This document shows, piece after piece, positions 1 through 11,408 of a DNA stretch of 64,000 nt. Source of the stretch: Chrysomallon squamiferum (lineage: Eukaryota > Animalia > Mollusca). Where the stretch lies: assembly GCA_012295275.1 (NCBI GenBank), contig CM022669.1, forward strand, positions 1,612,001 to 1,676,000, given 5' to 3'. Numbering within the stretch: position 1 is the first letter of the stretch; every line of letters begins with the position of its first letter. The translations under genes and the position numbers were made by a program. The notes beneath the pieces were generated by a model. That model saw only the letters and a list, made by a program, of their open reading frames with translations. It made no database searches and had not been told where the DNA came from.

Positions 1-1329
1 AAATTTCTGTTTTTTTTTCTTCTTTGTTTCATTTTAATTAATTAATTTATTTATTTTATTTTATTTTTTATTTTTTTTATCCCTAATAATAAATTAACAT
101 GAAAATACTAAGAAGGAAGTATTTCAGATTTGCTGTTTTGGAGAGATATTTTTTCAAACTGAGACGAGGATTTTAATATTGGTAAAAAAATTAACAGTAT
201 CAAACAGTGATCTTTTGTTTGAGTATTATGACAAGCAGCAACAGAACCTCTGCTCTGATATGAAAAAAAGTTGCAAAGAATATAACGTCTGCCCAATTTT
301 GATAATTTTTCAGTATTCATACCCACAGAGAAATTAGCAGGAGATAGAAATAGCATTCTTCTTTTCTTTTCACGCAACAATAAATTCATTGTTTCCTCAA
401 GGTCAAGATAGACGAAAATTTTGTAATATAAAGATTTGAAAAGAAAGTTAATTTGTAAGATGTTTGTAAACAAAATAATTTATTACAGCTGAAATAATGT
501 TTGTGGTACAACATTACTAAAAGCAGTTTAGAAATTTTTTTCTTCATCGTTCTGGTACTTTTTCCTTCATATTGACACAAACTCATTTACTGTTATATAT
601 CTTAAATAATTATGATGAAAAAAAGTATTTCTGGAATGTTATTAAATTCGCAATGGTTTCAATAATTACATTGCCAGACCCAAACATTCGCTAATCTGAT
701 AGAGAAAATTCATGCGGCGATAGAAGGAAAGATGACGAAAAACGAAAGAGAAGGTTTCAGGAAGTAAAAAGTTAAAAAATAATATCCAGGGGAAAAAATA
801 AGAAACACATTTCCATAAGGAATTTAAGGCAACATCGCAAGTATTTTTCAAAAATATATGACTCAGAATTTTGCTGTAAATTAAATGGTGTACGTTCTTG
901 CTATTTATCGTTCAACTGGTGTTTTTATACTTTGTATTTACTTAGGTTTTCGTATTTATGTGTTTGCCGTTTCAGAGGCTCACATATTTAGATTCTGCTC
1001 TTAACCGTTTTACAGATTTACATGTTCAGATGTTTAACAAGTTATATAGGTTTACATAGTTACGTCTTCTTTCGAAAGTTTTACTTATATATGCTCTGTA
1101 TCTAGTTATATTTAATATATACCTTTCGCAAGTAAAATAAAAATAATAATAAAAAGGTTTATGAAATACAGATATTTATTCTGACAGCAAGTATTAAGAA
1201 GGAAAGAATTTTTAACTTGTATATGTGTAGTGAAATAAGTACAAATCAAATATGCCGCCAGTAAAAATTATCTTACTTCAGTAGTGTTAATGGTGATCTC
1301 AAAAAGATGAAAGCTACGTAATTAGTGTA

Positions 1330-1760
1330 TGAATATCAGCAGTACATTAGTATGGTAACTATATCAGAGTGACTAACATACAGATGTAATAAATTAATCT
1401 AACACTGAAGTTTCAATGTAACAATATAACTAATGTTTCAAATGTAACATCAAAGCAGTTTATCTTTCTGAGTAATAAATATATCATTTTTGTTAATATT
1501 TCAGATGTAATTAATGTATCAAATAAAATATCAGTATAACTTTCGTAAAATGTAAAGATGACTAATAAACAGTAATTTGTTCAATATAATATTTCACTGT
1601 GATTAATTTGTCAGTGCTACAGAATTTCAAACATAACCGAAATATCAATGAAATGTATTTGACGATAACTAATGTATCATTTAGGCAGTGTATCACTGAA
1701 ACAAGTAATGTTTCAGTGTGTAATGTTTAATTAAACATATTATGTGTGACTGATATTTCA
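1330..1760. repeat. Highly decayed minisatellite (~17-bp unit, roughly taatgtwtcagtgtaac)
   Basis: Recurring variants aatatcagc, atatcagag, taatgtttca, aatatttcag, taatgtatca, aatatcagtataac, taatatttcactg, taatgtttcagtg. Confidence 0.5.
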
Positions 1761-1882
1761 TAACGATAGTGACAACGAAAACCGGTGGATAAAGTTTCAA
1801 TTTCAACCACAAAATAAACCATGTAAAAAATTTCAAACATATATATTTCGTTGTTGTCATTATCGTTATAAAATATCAGTCA
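1747..1882. repeat. Inverted repeat, ~34-37 bp arms with ~65 bp spacer
   Basis: tgactgatatttcataacgatagtgacaacgaaa (1747-1780) pairs with tttcgttgttgtcattatcgttataaaatatcagtca (1846-1882), with two substitutions and one 3-nt indel. Confidence 0.85.
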
Positions 1883-1884
1883 TA

Positions 1885-1885
<1 letters not shown>

Positions 1886-1935
<50 letters not shown>
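1886..1935. repeat. (TG)n microsatellite, representative of many
   Basis: Also TG/CA at about 6532-6585, 18492-18553, 22344-22376 and 43061-43096; (ATAC)n at 17668-17843; (TTG)n/(TTA)n at 14110-14170, 22041-22100 and 27420-27500; (TAAA)n at 63952-64000. Confidence 0.97.
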
Positions 1936-1936
<1 letters not shown>

Positions 1937-2494
1937 TTAAATAATTGTATTTTCTTCTTTTCTTATTTCAGATTTCCTCACAAATGTTTGCAAAGCTAGA
2001 TTAATACGTTATCTTTCTTTAGGCAACAATCTACAAAATAAACATTTAAAAACATCCATAAACAACTGAATCTTATACTGATAATACACCATCTGTCATT
2101 TTTCTGTTTAATATCGACATTCACTATTTATCTTTCTATCTTGCAGTTATATTTGTAAACTGGGGAGTTACCCACAAACATATTCTCCATCACGTCCTGT
2201 TTAGAGTTCACTTTATCACTGAAGAATACGGGTTGTATATCCACATGTATCAAACTTTGGAATTAGTCACGATTAGATTTATACCAGACACATTATCTTG
2301 AATCTTTATTTTTATATTTATGTCATAGGTAACTAATTTACATGTTCGTCTCTATATTAAAAGAGAGAGAAAATATTCATTAGCACGCAAACACAGAGAC
2401 ATAAATAAAGACAGACACAGAGACGTACATAACTGCGTATATGTATATGTATCTTGATAGATAGAAAGACAGATAGATACTCACACAAAAACAT

Positions 2495-2556
<62 letters not shown>

Positions 2557-3444
2557 TACTATCACAGAGGAGAAAAAGCTGTGTACAATTCCAGATACTT
2601 ATTTTAAATTTCTTAATCAGTTTGATATAATTATTTGTATTACCTGCATTATCCCCCTTATTAACAGATATGAAGAGAAATTATTAATTTGTATTTACGA
2701 TAAATAATATGCTATGAAGTAGAGTAACTGTGACAGAATTTTTAACAATGGACGAACATATCTAAGTACAATCGTTCTGAACGTCTTTGTCTTCACATGA
2801 AAAACTGAGAGATCAAAAGCTGTTCTGTTTTGTTTTTATTCTTAATTAAACATTTCACGAAAACAGAACCAAAGCACCAGAGAAGAATCCCTGCTTTTTG
2901 TGCAAACATAATCAGATTACTGTCCCTCCTCTTCAAAGCGAGTGACGTAACCGTTGGTAATTGTTCGTATCTGTCCGTATCAGTTCGGATTAATTGGTAG
3001 ATCAAAGGATTGGTTGTTTGTTCGGTTAAGTTAATTTTATATATTTTTCTTTCAGTTGTTTTCAGTAGATTTTTAATTTATAACAATAAACACTGTAGAT
3101 GTATTAGAAAAAGAAGAAATGTCTACAATAACGAAATAAATTTTTGGTTACTTTTTTTTCTATTGAATTTTTTATTAGAATGTGTAAAAATAAATTGTTG
3201 AAAACTATGTATGTTACTCGATTTGATAATTTATGGTTGAAAACAGAAAATATGTAAAATAAATAATGGTTTACATTCCGAACTAATTAATATTGAAGTT
3301 ACTGACATACAAATCTAACAAAAATAAAAATAACAATATAACTATCGACGTAAATTTGATCTTAAACTATGTAGCGCTTTTTATTTAATTCCTAAGGTTA
3401 TTAAAAATTAAAAAAATAATAATAATAAAAAAATAAAACAAAAG

Positions 3445-3614
3445 CAATGGCGCCCGATATATGTTATGTTTTTATTTATATAATTTTTTTTTTTTTTTTT
3501 TTTTTTTGCAGTTTGATATTTAACTAAGAAATAAAATAAAATAAAATACACATGATGTCGAGATATGGGGCCCAGGACACGTTTCCCAACCACCCCACTC
3601 TAGTTACACCATTG
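3445..3614. mobile_element. MITE-like remnant (Harbinger-style ends)
   Basis: Starts caatggcg and ends ccccactctagttacaccattg (reverse complement caatggtgtaactag), with an internal ggggcccagg. The TIR match is short and the family assignment is inference. Confidence 0.35.
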
Positions 3615-3789
3615 CCTTTACTGGGTATGCGCAAAACAATTAAGAAATATTTCTTATTTAAATACTTGTCTATATTTTACATTAATAAATGAAGCAAACG
3701 TCTGATTCCTTCTTTCATTGTGAAGTAAATAAATGTTATAAAATCTATTTAAAGCAATAGTTAAATTAAGCTACTTTCTGTTTGCAGTT

Positions 3790-4925
3790 GACGTGGTCCA
3801 TTCATTCACGTGATGCCAATGATCCAAAGAATTATACCAGCAGGAACTTTGCCTTCTGTTAGATGTACCCATACTGGACTGGTCAGAGGGTAGAGGCTAA
3901 ACATATATGAACTAAGGGTGAGTAACTCTAACAGAAACAACGACTGCTGAAGTCACAGCTTGAGATTGTAAATTCTTACTGCCCAAATGACAAATAACTC
4001 CTCCTTGATCATATCCAAACATCAAACAGTAATTTCCTTCCTGTTGGTGACTTCAACAGTCAACCCCAGAGCTGGGGTTACAACAACATTGACAGAGGAG
4101 AGGAGAGGATGAAAGCTGGCAGGAGGAAAAAAACAACAATCTTTATCTCATTAAAAATAGTTAGGTCTGGCATTCCGTAACCTCGCCTGGCCTTGCTAGG
4201 ATAACAGCCTAGGGGAAGTGACTATCGACCGGTCCTCGAAATGGCAAGTACAGCTAAGCAGCAAAATTCCATGTCGAGTAGTATAATTTTACGAGAACGT
4301 GAAAAAGTCATCAAACATAAAAAAAATAAGAAATCTGCAAGCCCAGATGTTATTACTAATGAAATAGAGAAACACCAAAACCTGAAGGCAGACCAATCTT
4401 TAGTACGAATCCAGTGCATGGTCAATAGCAGCAAACTCTCATCAATGAAAACTAGACATGGTTAAAAACCAAGCACTCAGGATAATAACTGGAGCAATGT
4501 GGTCAACCCCCTTAAGAAAAAATTAGGAATTCAAGTTCATGGTAGAAGCCACTAAGTTCAAGTCTTTGCCACAACATGAATTACTATTCCTGCAACAGAC
4601 TCAAAAGAACTAGCTTTCATAAACTGAACTATCACTTCTGAGGCAACACAAGGCAAACTGCCAGATAAAATCCATCAAGTTAGCACAGTCAGCTGCATCC
4701 CACCGTGGGAACCCAAACTGGACACTGTAAAGATCTGCACATTAGACCAACAAGTCACCTCTGGAGATGAATACAGAAAGCCATAAAAACGAGGCCTGAC
4801 ACATGCCTTGGTTAATGAAGAGTATCCAAAGACATCATGGACACAGGTACTGATGGATCTCAACAAATGGATCTGGAAAATGATGGGCCTGAAAATATAC
4901 ATCATGGGCCCTAGGGCTACCAAGA
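3790..4925 (+). mobile_element. Decayed, internally deleted non-LTR retrotransposon with RNase H (I/Ingi/Nimb-group LINE)
   Basis: Hand translation gives four fragments. APE endonuclease: IVNSYCPNDK*LLLDHIQTSNSNFLPVGDFNSQPQSWGYNNIDR (~3965-4100). RT-proximal: KKNKKSASPDVITNEIEKH (~4320-4376). Post-RT: SSAWSIAANSHQ*KLDMVKNQALRIITGAMWSTP (~4410-4510). RNase H start: EEYPKTSWTQV(Y)TDGS (~4816-4860). Stops and frameshifts throughout. Confidence 0.85.
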
Positions 4926-4954
4926 AAAGGCATACATTATTTTTAATAATAAAT

Positions 4955-5154
4955 AACGTCGAATAACGTAAACATTTTGTGCACGGCAAATTAATACTGC
5001 GATAGATTAAGGTTTGAAAATGTCAACCTAAAACAGACTATTTTACAAACTACTATAATATTAATATTTTTTTGAATCTTCTAACACGTTACAGAATGTC
5101 TTTTTATGAAGTGAACGTCGAATAACGTAAATATTTTGTGCACGGCAAATTAAT
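4955..5154. repeat. Direct repeat, 41 bp x2, period 159
   Basis: aacgtcgaataacgtaaaYattttgtgcacggcaaattaat at 4955-4995 and 5114-5154 with one mismatch. Weaker similarity continues downstream (ttgaaaatg...cctaaa). Confidence 0.9.
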
Positions 5155-5971
5155 TCTGAGACTTGAAAATGGCCTAAATTTGTATACATACAGTTGTTTG
5201 TGTTATACATTTCTCTAACCAGCCTTTGTTACTGATAATGGATGTATGATTTCTAACTTTTTGTTGTAGTTGTTGTTGTTTATTAAATTATTCCAAGTTA
5301 ACCTGAAATATGACAGTTTTACAGTGGTATAATCATTCTGTATTAAATTTAAAATATAATATTAAAACGGCAAATTTTTGACATACCTAAGTAATGTTCT
5401 GAAAAATAAATACATGTATGTTGTATAGTTATATCCCTAAGACTTTGCGTCTGTGTGTGGTGAATTGTGTAAGTAATTTAAAGTTTATGGACTACATGAA
5501 GTAGGTTAAATTTAGAGATGACGTCTGATTATTTGCTATTTTCAACAGTTATGTTGTTTTAGTCAAATCTCACAGAAAATTAGACAAAACAATTAAAACT
5601 AAGAACTTGTTTTATATATGTGCAGTAACATGAATGTATAAATATGTTTGTATTTATTTATGTATGTATGTATACGTATGTGTATATGTATGTATGCACA
5701 TATGGGAATATGCAAGTAAAACATATTTGTTTCTAGTTGTTATATTATTGTTGTTGTTGTCTTTGCTGTTGTTGTTGTTGTTACTGTTATTATTATTTTT
5801 GCTTGTTTGTGTCTGTTAAAGTAATCATCCATGACTAGAGTTCTCTGGCTTGAGTATACTAATCCTAATGGAGTACATTTTTTCTAATCTGAGAACTAAA
5901 TTGTTCAACAACAAAATTACAGCATGATGAAAAGGGACATCATCTAGCTTCCCTATGACAAAGACATACAC

Positions 5972-6023
<52 letters not shown>

Positions 6024-6339
6024 CAGTTTCTAAATACAGATATTATTAATTCAGTTATTAGTAAAATTTAATAATGTGTTACGCATGGTATTAAAAATAA
6101 TTTATATTTGATGAGGGAGAAGAGTGAATTAATACAAATTTTATTTAACAATGCATTCAGTGAATTACACTATCCAGTTGTATTTCATAATGTAATGCTA
6201 AAAACTCTACAAAGATAAAGACAGAGGAAAAGTATTAATTATCCTCCATGAAGGAAGCATCGTTTGAGCATTCAGTAGAAGAGTAGAGAGATGTGCTTTA
6301 AGATCTGCACCAACAATTAAACACTAAAGAAGTAACTTT

Positions 6340-6525
6340 TAATAACACACACTGACGTTACTTGGGAGTGAGTTCCACAAAGTTGGTGCAGCATAACTGA
6401 AACATCTCTGGCCATATGTAGCTGTTTTTATTATTGGTGATATCGCCAAATGGTTTGGTATACATGACGTAGTTCTTCGGGCCTAGTACGCTGTACACCA
6501 AATGCACAGGTATAGGTATAGGTTG
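6340..6525 (-). mobile_element. 3' fragment of a CR1/L2-group LINE ORF2
   Basis: The minus strand reads TATYGQRCFSYAAPTLWNSLPSNV, the characteristic YGxRxFSxAAPxLWNSLP C-terminal motif, preceded by a degraded YL...Y.x.R..RS segment. Confidence 0.8.
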
Positions 6526-6530
6526 GTAAG

Positions 6531-6589
<59 letters not shown>

Positions 6590-6901
6590 AAATAATTCAT
6601 CGAACTAAATATAGTTCACTCCCAAAATGATATATTCTTGGTGAATGCCCGAAAATACAAAGACGTATTTAGGCATCACATCTTGACACTACGTTAGCGA
6701 TTGCAGGAGAAATATATAAAAAATATATATATATTGTCAAAAAAATTTATAATGCTATCGTTGTCGACGACAGTAAATACCACGACTGTTATAAAAATAA
6801 TATCCCCACTGAAAACAGCTATAAAGAACACAAACCTCTTTTGTAGAAGCTTTTTAACAGTTCGGTTACTGTGAAGACTGCGCGATCTGTTTTCGTTTTA
6901 C

Positions 6902-6965
6902 CCAAGATCAATCCTTTTCACGTCATTAGCTCCGGAAAAGAATTTGTTTTCAAATCCATCCATAT
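6902..6965 (-). CDS. Candidate 64-nt coding exon (D)MDGFENKFFSGANDVKRIDL(G) of an unidentified gene
   Basis: Acceptor gtttatttcag| at 6966-6967, ATG two bases in, open frame, donor GG|GTAAAA (weak). No recognised homology. Confidence 0.3.
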
Positions 6966-9288
6966 CTGAAATAAACGATATAAATCTAAAATGTTCAATC
7001 AGAAACAAATAATATTATCAGAGAGAATTTAACGTAAACAAAAAATAATAATAAAATAAAAAATTTAAATAATGAAAAATAATAAATAAATTTAAAAAAT
7101 TAAAAAGAACCTATAAACTGCTGGAAGAGTAATTCAGCACATAATGAACTCTGTGATTATATGGGGTGGTGAATAATATCCACTTTCTGTAAATCTTGTC
7201 TTGTGGGTGGTTGTTTTTGATGGTGTTAGAAAAATATGAAAAATAAACCCATGAAATATAACAGCTCTCTTCAACACAAGAAACATCTTGAAAATATTAA
7301 AAATAAATTTAAAAAAAATAATAATTAAAACTCGAAAAATTAAATATGTTTGAAATTGTTTTATATTTTGACGGGTGCCTTTTGAAAGTGAAACACACAT
7401 ACACACACAAAAAAATTACTTTGTGACTAGGAATCAATTTAAAAAAGCAAATTGCGAAAACCCACAAATCAATAGAAAACTATCAATATTAACCCATTCA
7501 TGGTTCTGTGAGAAACAGACACACTGAGTTACAATAAAGTATACTTGACTGAACAACTGAACATTTTCCTTTCCAACTTAAACGTCGGACTTCCCATTAC
7601 GAGTCCTAATTTCCGGCCAGGCGCCAGCCATGTTAGTCTATGTCAGTCTTGGGTAAAGAAAAAGAAACAAGAAAACTAATAATTATACTGTTACAAAGAA
7701 GGGGAATAAAACAAGATGTTTTTCTTCCATTTAAAAAACAAATCGTATACTTTAAATTTAATAATTGGCGACTATCCCAAACTGAATGTCTGAAAACAAT
7801 GTGCAAAGATAAAGCGAAGTCTCGCTCAATGGCGTGTTGATGGATTCAGACATTTACAAAAGTGCACAAAAATAAAGCAGTTGTTTGACACGAAAGGAAA
7901 TGAATAGTCCGTGACAATGCCGATGAAACAATATTAAATATAAAAATCAGAAATCGAGATTATCTTCTATTATGAAGCAAATGTCCGTTCCCTGGATGGT
8001 CTAAAATTATTTTAAAATTTAAAAGTAACTTAAGGAAATTTAATTTGTTCAGTAAAATAAACACGTTTTCCTGGTCTGTTGTCCTTCCATCTTTTCCGAT
8101 TTTCATTTGAGTATGACCATGTTTCGAAGGAACTGATCGCTGAACAGGACAGACAGAAGGACAAACCTGAGTCAGCAGCACAGAGACTAATGGCTGAGTA
8201 GACAAAAAATAAAAAAAATAAAAAGATCACGAATATAAGTGAAGTATCTCTACATAAGAGAGAATTTTAAAATTGTTGTATGCCGATGTGGTGGGCTTGT
8301 CAAAAACTGGCAAGAAAACAAACTGTTTTAATTAGACAATGAGGCAGCCTGAAGTTCGGTATTATATTTATAACTGAAATCAGCGTGAATCTGTAGTGAC
8401 CGAATTCAGTGTATTGATATTTCTGTTAGGCAGATAGTTGACGATCACTTTTACCAGGCAAAATGCAATTTGGATTATTTTTGTTTAAAACTGTGTATAT
8501 CGTGATATATAATTATTGATAATTATTGTTCATGTTATTTAGTAAAATTAAGAAAATCCGAGACTTCATTAGATTTTTCCTGAAGTTTTCTAACAAAGTT
8601 AATTAAGACATTTTTAAGGCCAGTTTTCTTTCTATATCTTCTAGAATGGTCTATGAGGCTTCGCAGTTAATTATATTATACATAAATTAAAGTTTGGTTT
8701 CTTTGACTGCTTTTACTGTATACACTGATCAGTTTGGAATCATCAGTGTTTACTCTGTAATATCCATAAATGCAACGCAGACATGAATAACAGTGATCTC
8801 AGTAGTTGCATAAAAATAAAGAACAGATTCAGAATAATATAGAGCCAACTTGCAGAACTATGCATTGTCTGTGCCTAATAACAGCTTTTGTTATATCGAT
8901 TGATACCGTAAACAAAATTCAAAAGATACTCTGTGTTTATAATTTATAATGGAGAAAATATCTGGAGGTTTTTTGTGAAAAATGCAAAAAAAAATCAAGC
9001 CTTTTCTCGCCAGTTTTACTAGTACATTTATAAAACAAATTAATATAAGTATGTATGACTGTGTGGAGAATTTAAACGACGACAACAACAATATTCCAAA
9101 TACCATATACACGAGTTTAGCAATTATACCCGTATATTATATGACTGAAAAAATATGACTGCAAAAATGGATTTGGAATACTTCAGACAACATATTTGGC
9201 AGACTGCCGGGCTCATTGACTGAATCATAAATCGCAAATTCTAATCTAAGTAAATTTAAATATAGTTTCTTCATTAACATGATAAACT

Positions 9289-9396
<108 letters not shown>

Positions 9397-10394
9397 TGAA
9401 AATTAACAACCAATGGCCATAAAGCCGCTCAACAGGCGTTATTCATTTTACTACACTGTAAATTAGTTGAGAGCAGTTTAAACATTTACTCGACATTACC
9501 AGCGAGTAAACTATTAGAGAACCCCGGGGTGTATTAACATCATTGTAAATTCATTTTACTAAGGCTGTTTTTGTTCTTGTTTATTTCATTCACTATAATT
9601 ATGATATCTGTCTGTCTGGCTGTCTATAGATTTGTTTTATTTGTTCCCTTTAATATATATTCATATATTTATTTTAATACATTTTCTAATACATTAGATA
9701 TAAATAAGTGTACCTATCTGATAAAAAACACATGCATAATAAACATAAATACAAATCTACGTGCACACACACACACACCTACCCACCACAAACGCACACC
9801 ACACACACCAGACACCACACACACACATATCACACACACACACACCAATACATACATAAGTCACATTCTTAATTCGTACATATATGCACACATTCACAAA
9901 CATATAGGTACATATACACATATATTCATATGCATTTCGTATTTTTCATACATGCACACATGCACAGTCTAAATACATACACACATTTACTCACATGCAT
10001 GCATGCATATATATATATATATACGTGTACATACTTACATACCTTCTGTAAAATAATAAATACAGGCAAGAGTATACATTGTAGTTGTCTGTGTAATTCA
10101 CGCATATTTCAAAATTACCGAACAAGTACTGAATTCTAACAACTATCTGTCTACATTGTGCTATCAGTTCATTTGTTACATATTCATGACGTGTCTAATC
10201 CATCTGTCTTTATTTTCTTCTTCTTTTTTTCATCTTAGCATAATTCTGTCTAAGAATGTTTAAGAATGATTCAGTTCGAACACAAAGAAAAAAGAAAGTT
10301 GTTCAAAGGTTTACTCTTGTACATACACCCACTTACACTTGTACAATCGACCAAAATAGTGACTGCGTCGTGAATAAATTCTCTTAATTCTCGA

Positions 10395-10560
10395 TGAATT
10401 CCCCAAAGCTGAAACGTGTCAGAAATTCTGATAACTCCAATCTCCTTACAAAGAACCTCTCTTTACAGGAAAGAGGTTGTTTGCGTGTCGAACATGGCGG
10501 CCTTTTGACGTCGTTCATTTTTGCTTTTAAGCTACACTAGAGGGTGGTAATGTGGGGGGG
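10395..10560. promoter_or_regulatory. Promoter- or enhancer-like motif cluster
   Basis: AACATGGCGGCC (YY1 consensus, 10491-10502) next to TGACGTC (CRE-like, 10506-10512) in a CpG-containing patch. Confidence 0.3.
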
Positions 10561-11341
10561 TCAGATTCCATAGAGAAATCACTTAGGCAACAAAAGCTCT
10601 GCGTTCTACTGTTTTTCTTTTTCTTTTTAATATTCACAATGATTGACCTGAATTATATCAATGTCGTAAACTGAATATAGCCAGAAGCTGGCCAGAACTC
10701 TTTTCGGAGCAATTTTCCGAATGATGTAATTTCCTCTTTCGTATGATAAATGTTGGAGACAGGAATACGAAGAAAATCACGTTTCCTACATATGAAATGA
10801 ATCTTTCTAATCGTTTTTTTTTTTTTTTTTTTTTTCATCTGATGTACAGACGTCAGCCTAATCTGTAACACGCTTTAATTATAGCAAATCTGAAACTTAT
10901 GTCCTGAAGAAAATAAAACTTTAAAATTTGTCGATTTTATTATTATATGTCCATTTCGTAAACTGAATTTAATGCTTTTTGTATTCCTCTTTCTCATTCC
11001 AACAGAAATTAAAAATCTAGAAAATAGTTGGTTTTAAATCAATCAAACTGCATTTAGCTAAATAACCCGTGACTACAAAATAAATCTCTAATGAATATCA
11101 TCGCATAGTTTTTCTTTGCATTGTCACGCGTTTCACGTTATACAGAATTACGATTCAGCTGAAGTGAATAATATTCAAACATATATTAAAGACAGACATG
11201 ATATAATTATGGAGAAAGTGACACAATAATAATAATAATAATAATAATCATAATAATAAAAGACAGTCAGACAAAGAGAAATAAATAAAACAAACTGTGT
11301 GTGTTTGTGTGTGTTTTGTGTGTGGGAGGAAGGGAGGGAGG

Positions 11342-11408
<67 letters not shown>

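Noticed and set aside
6640-6680. Small hairpin containing GGTGAATGCC (3' end of miR-124)
   Set aside because: The seed is absent and the stem is too short.
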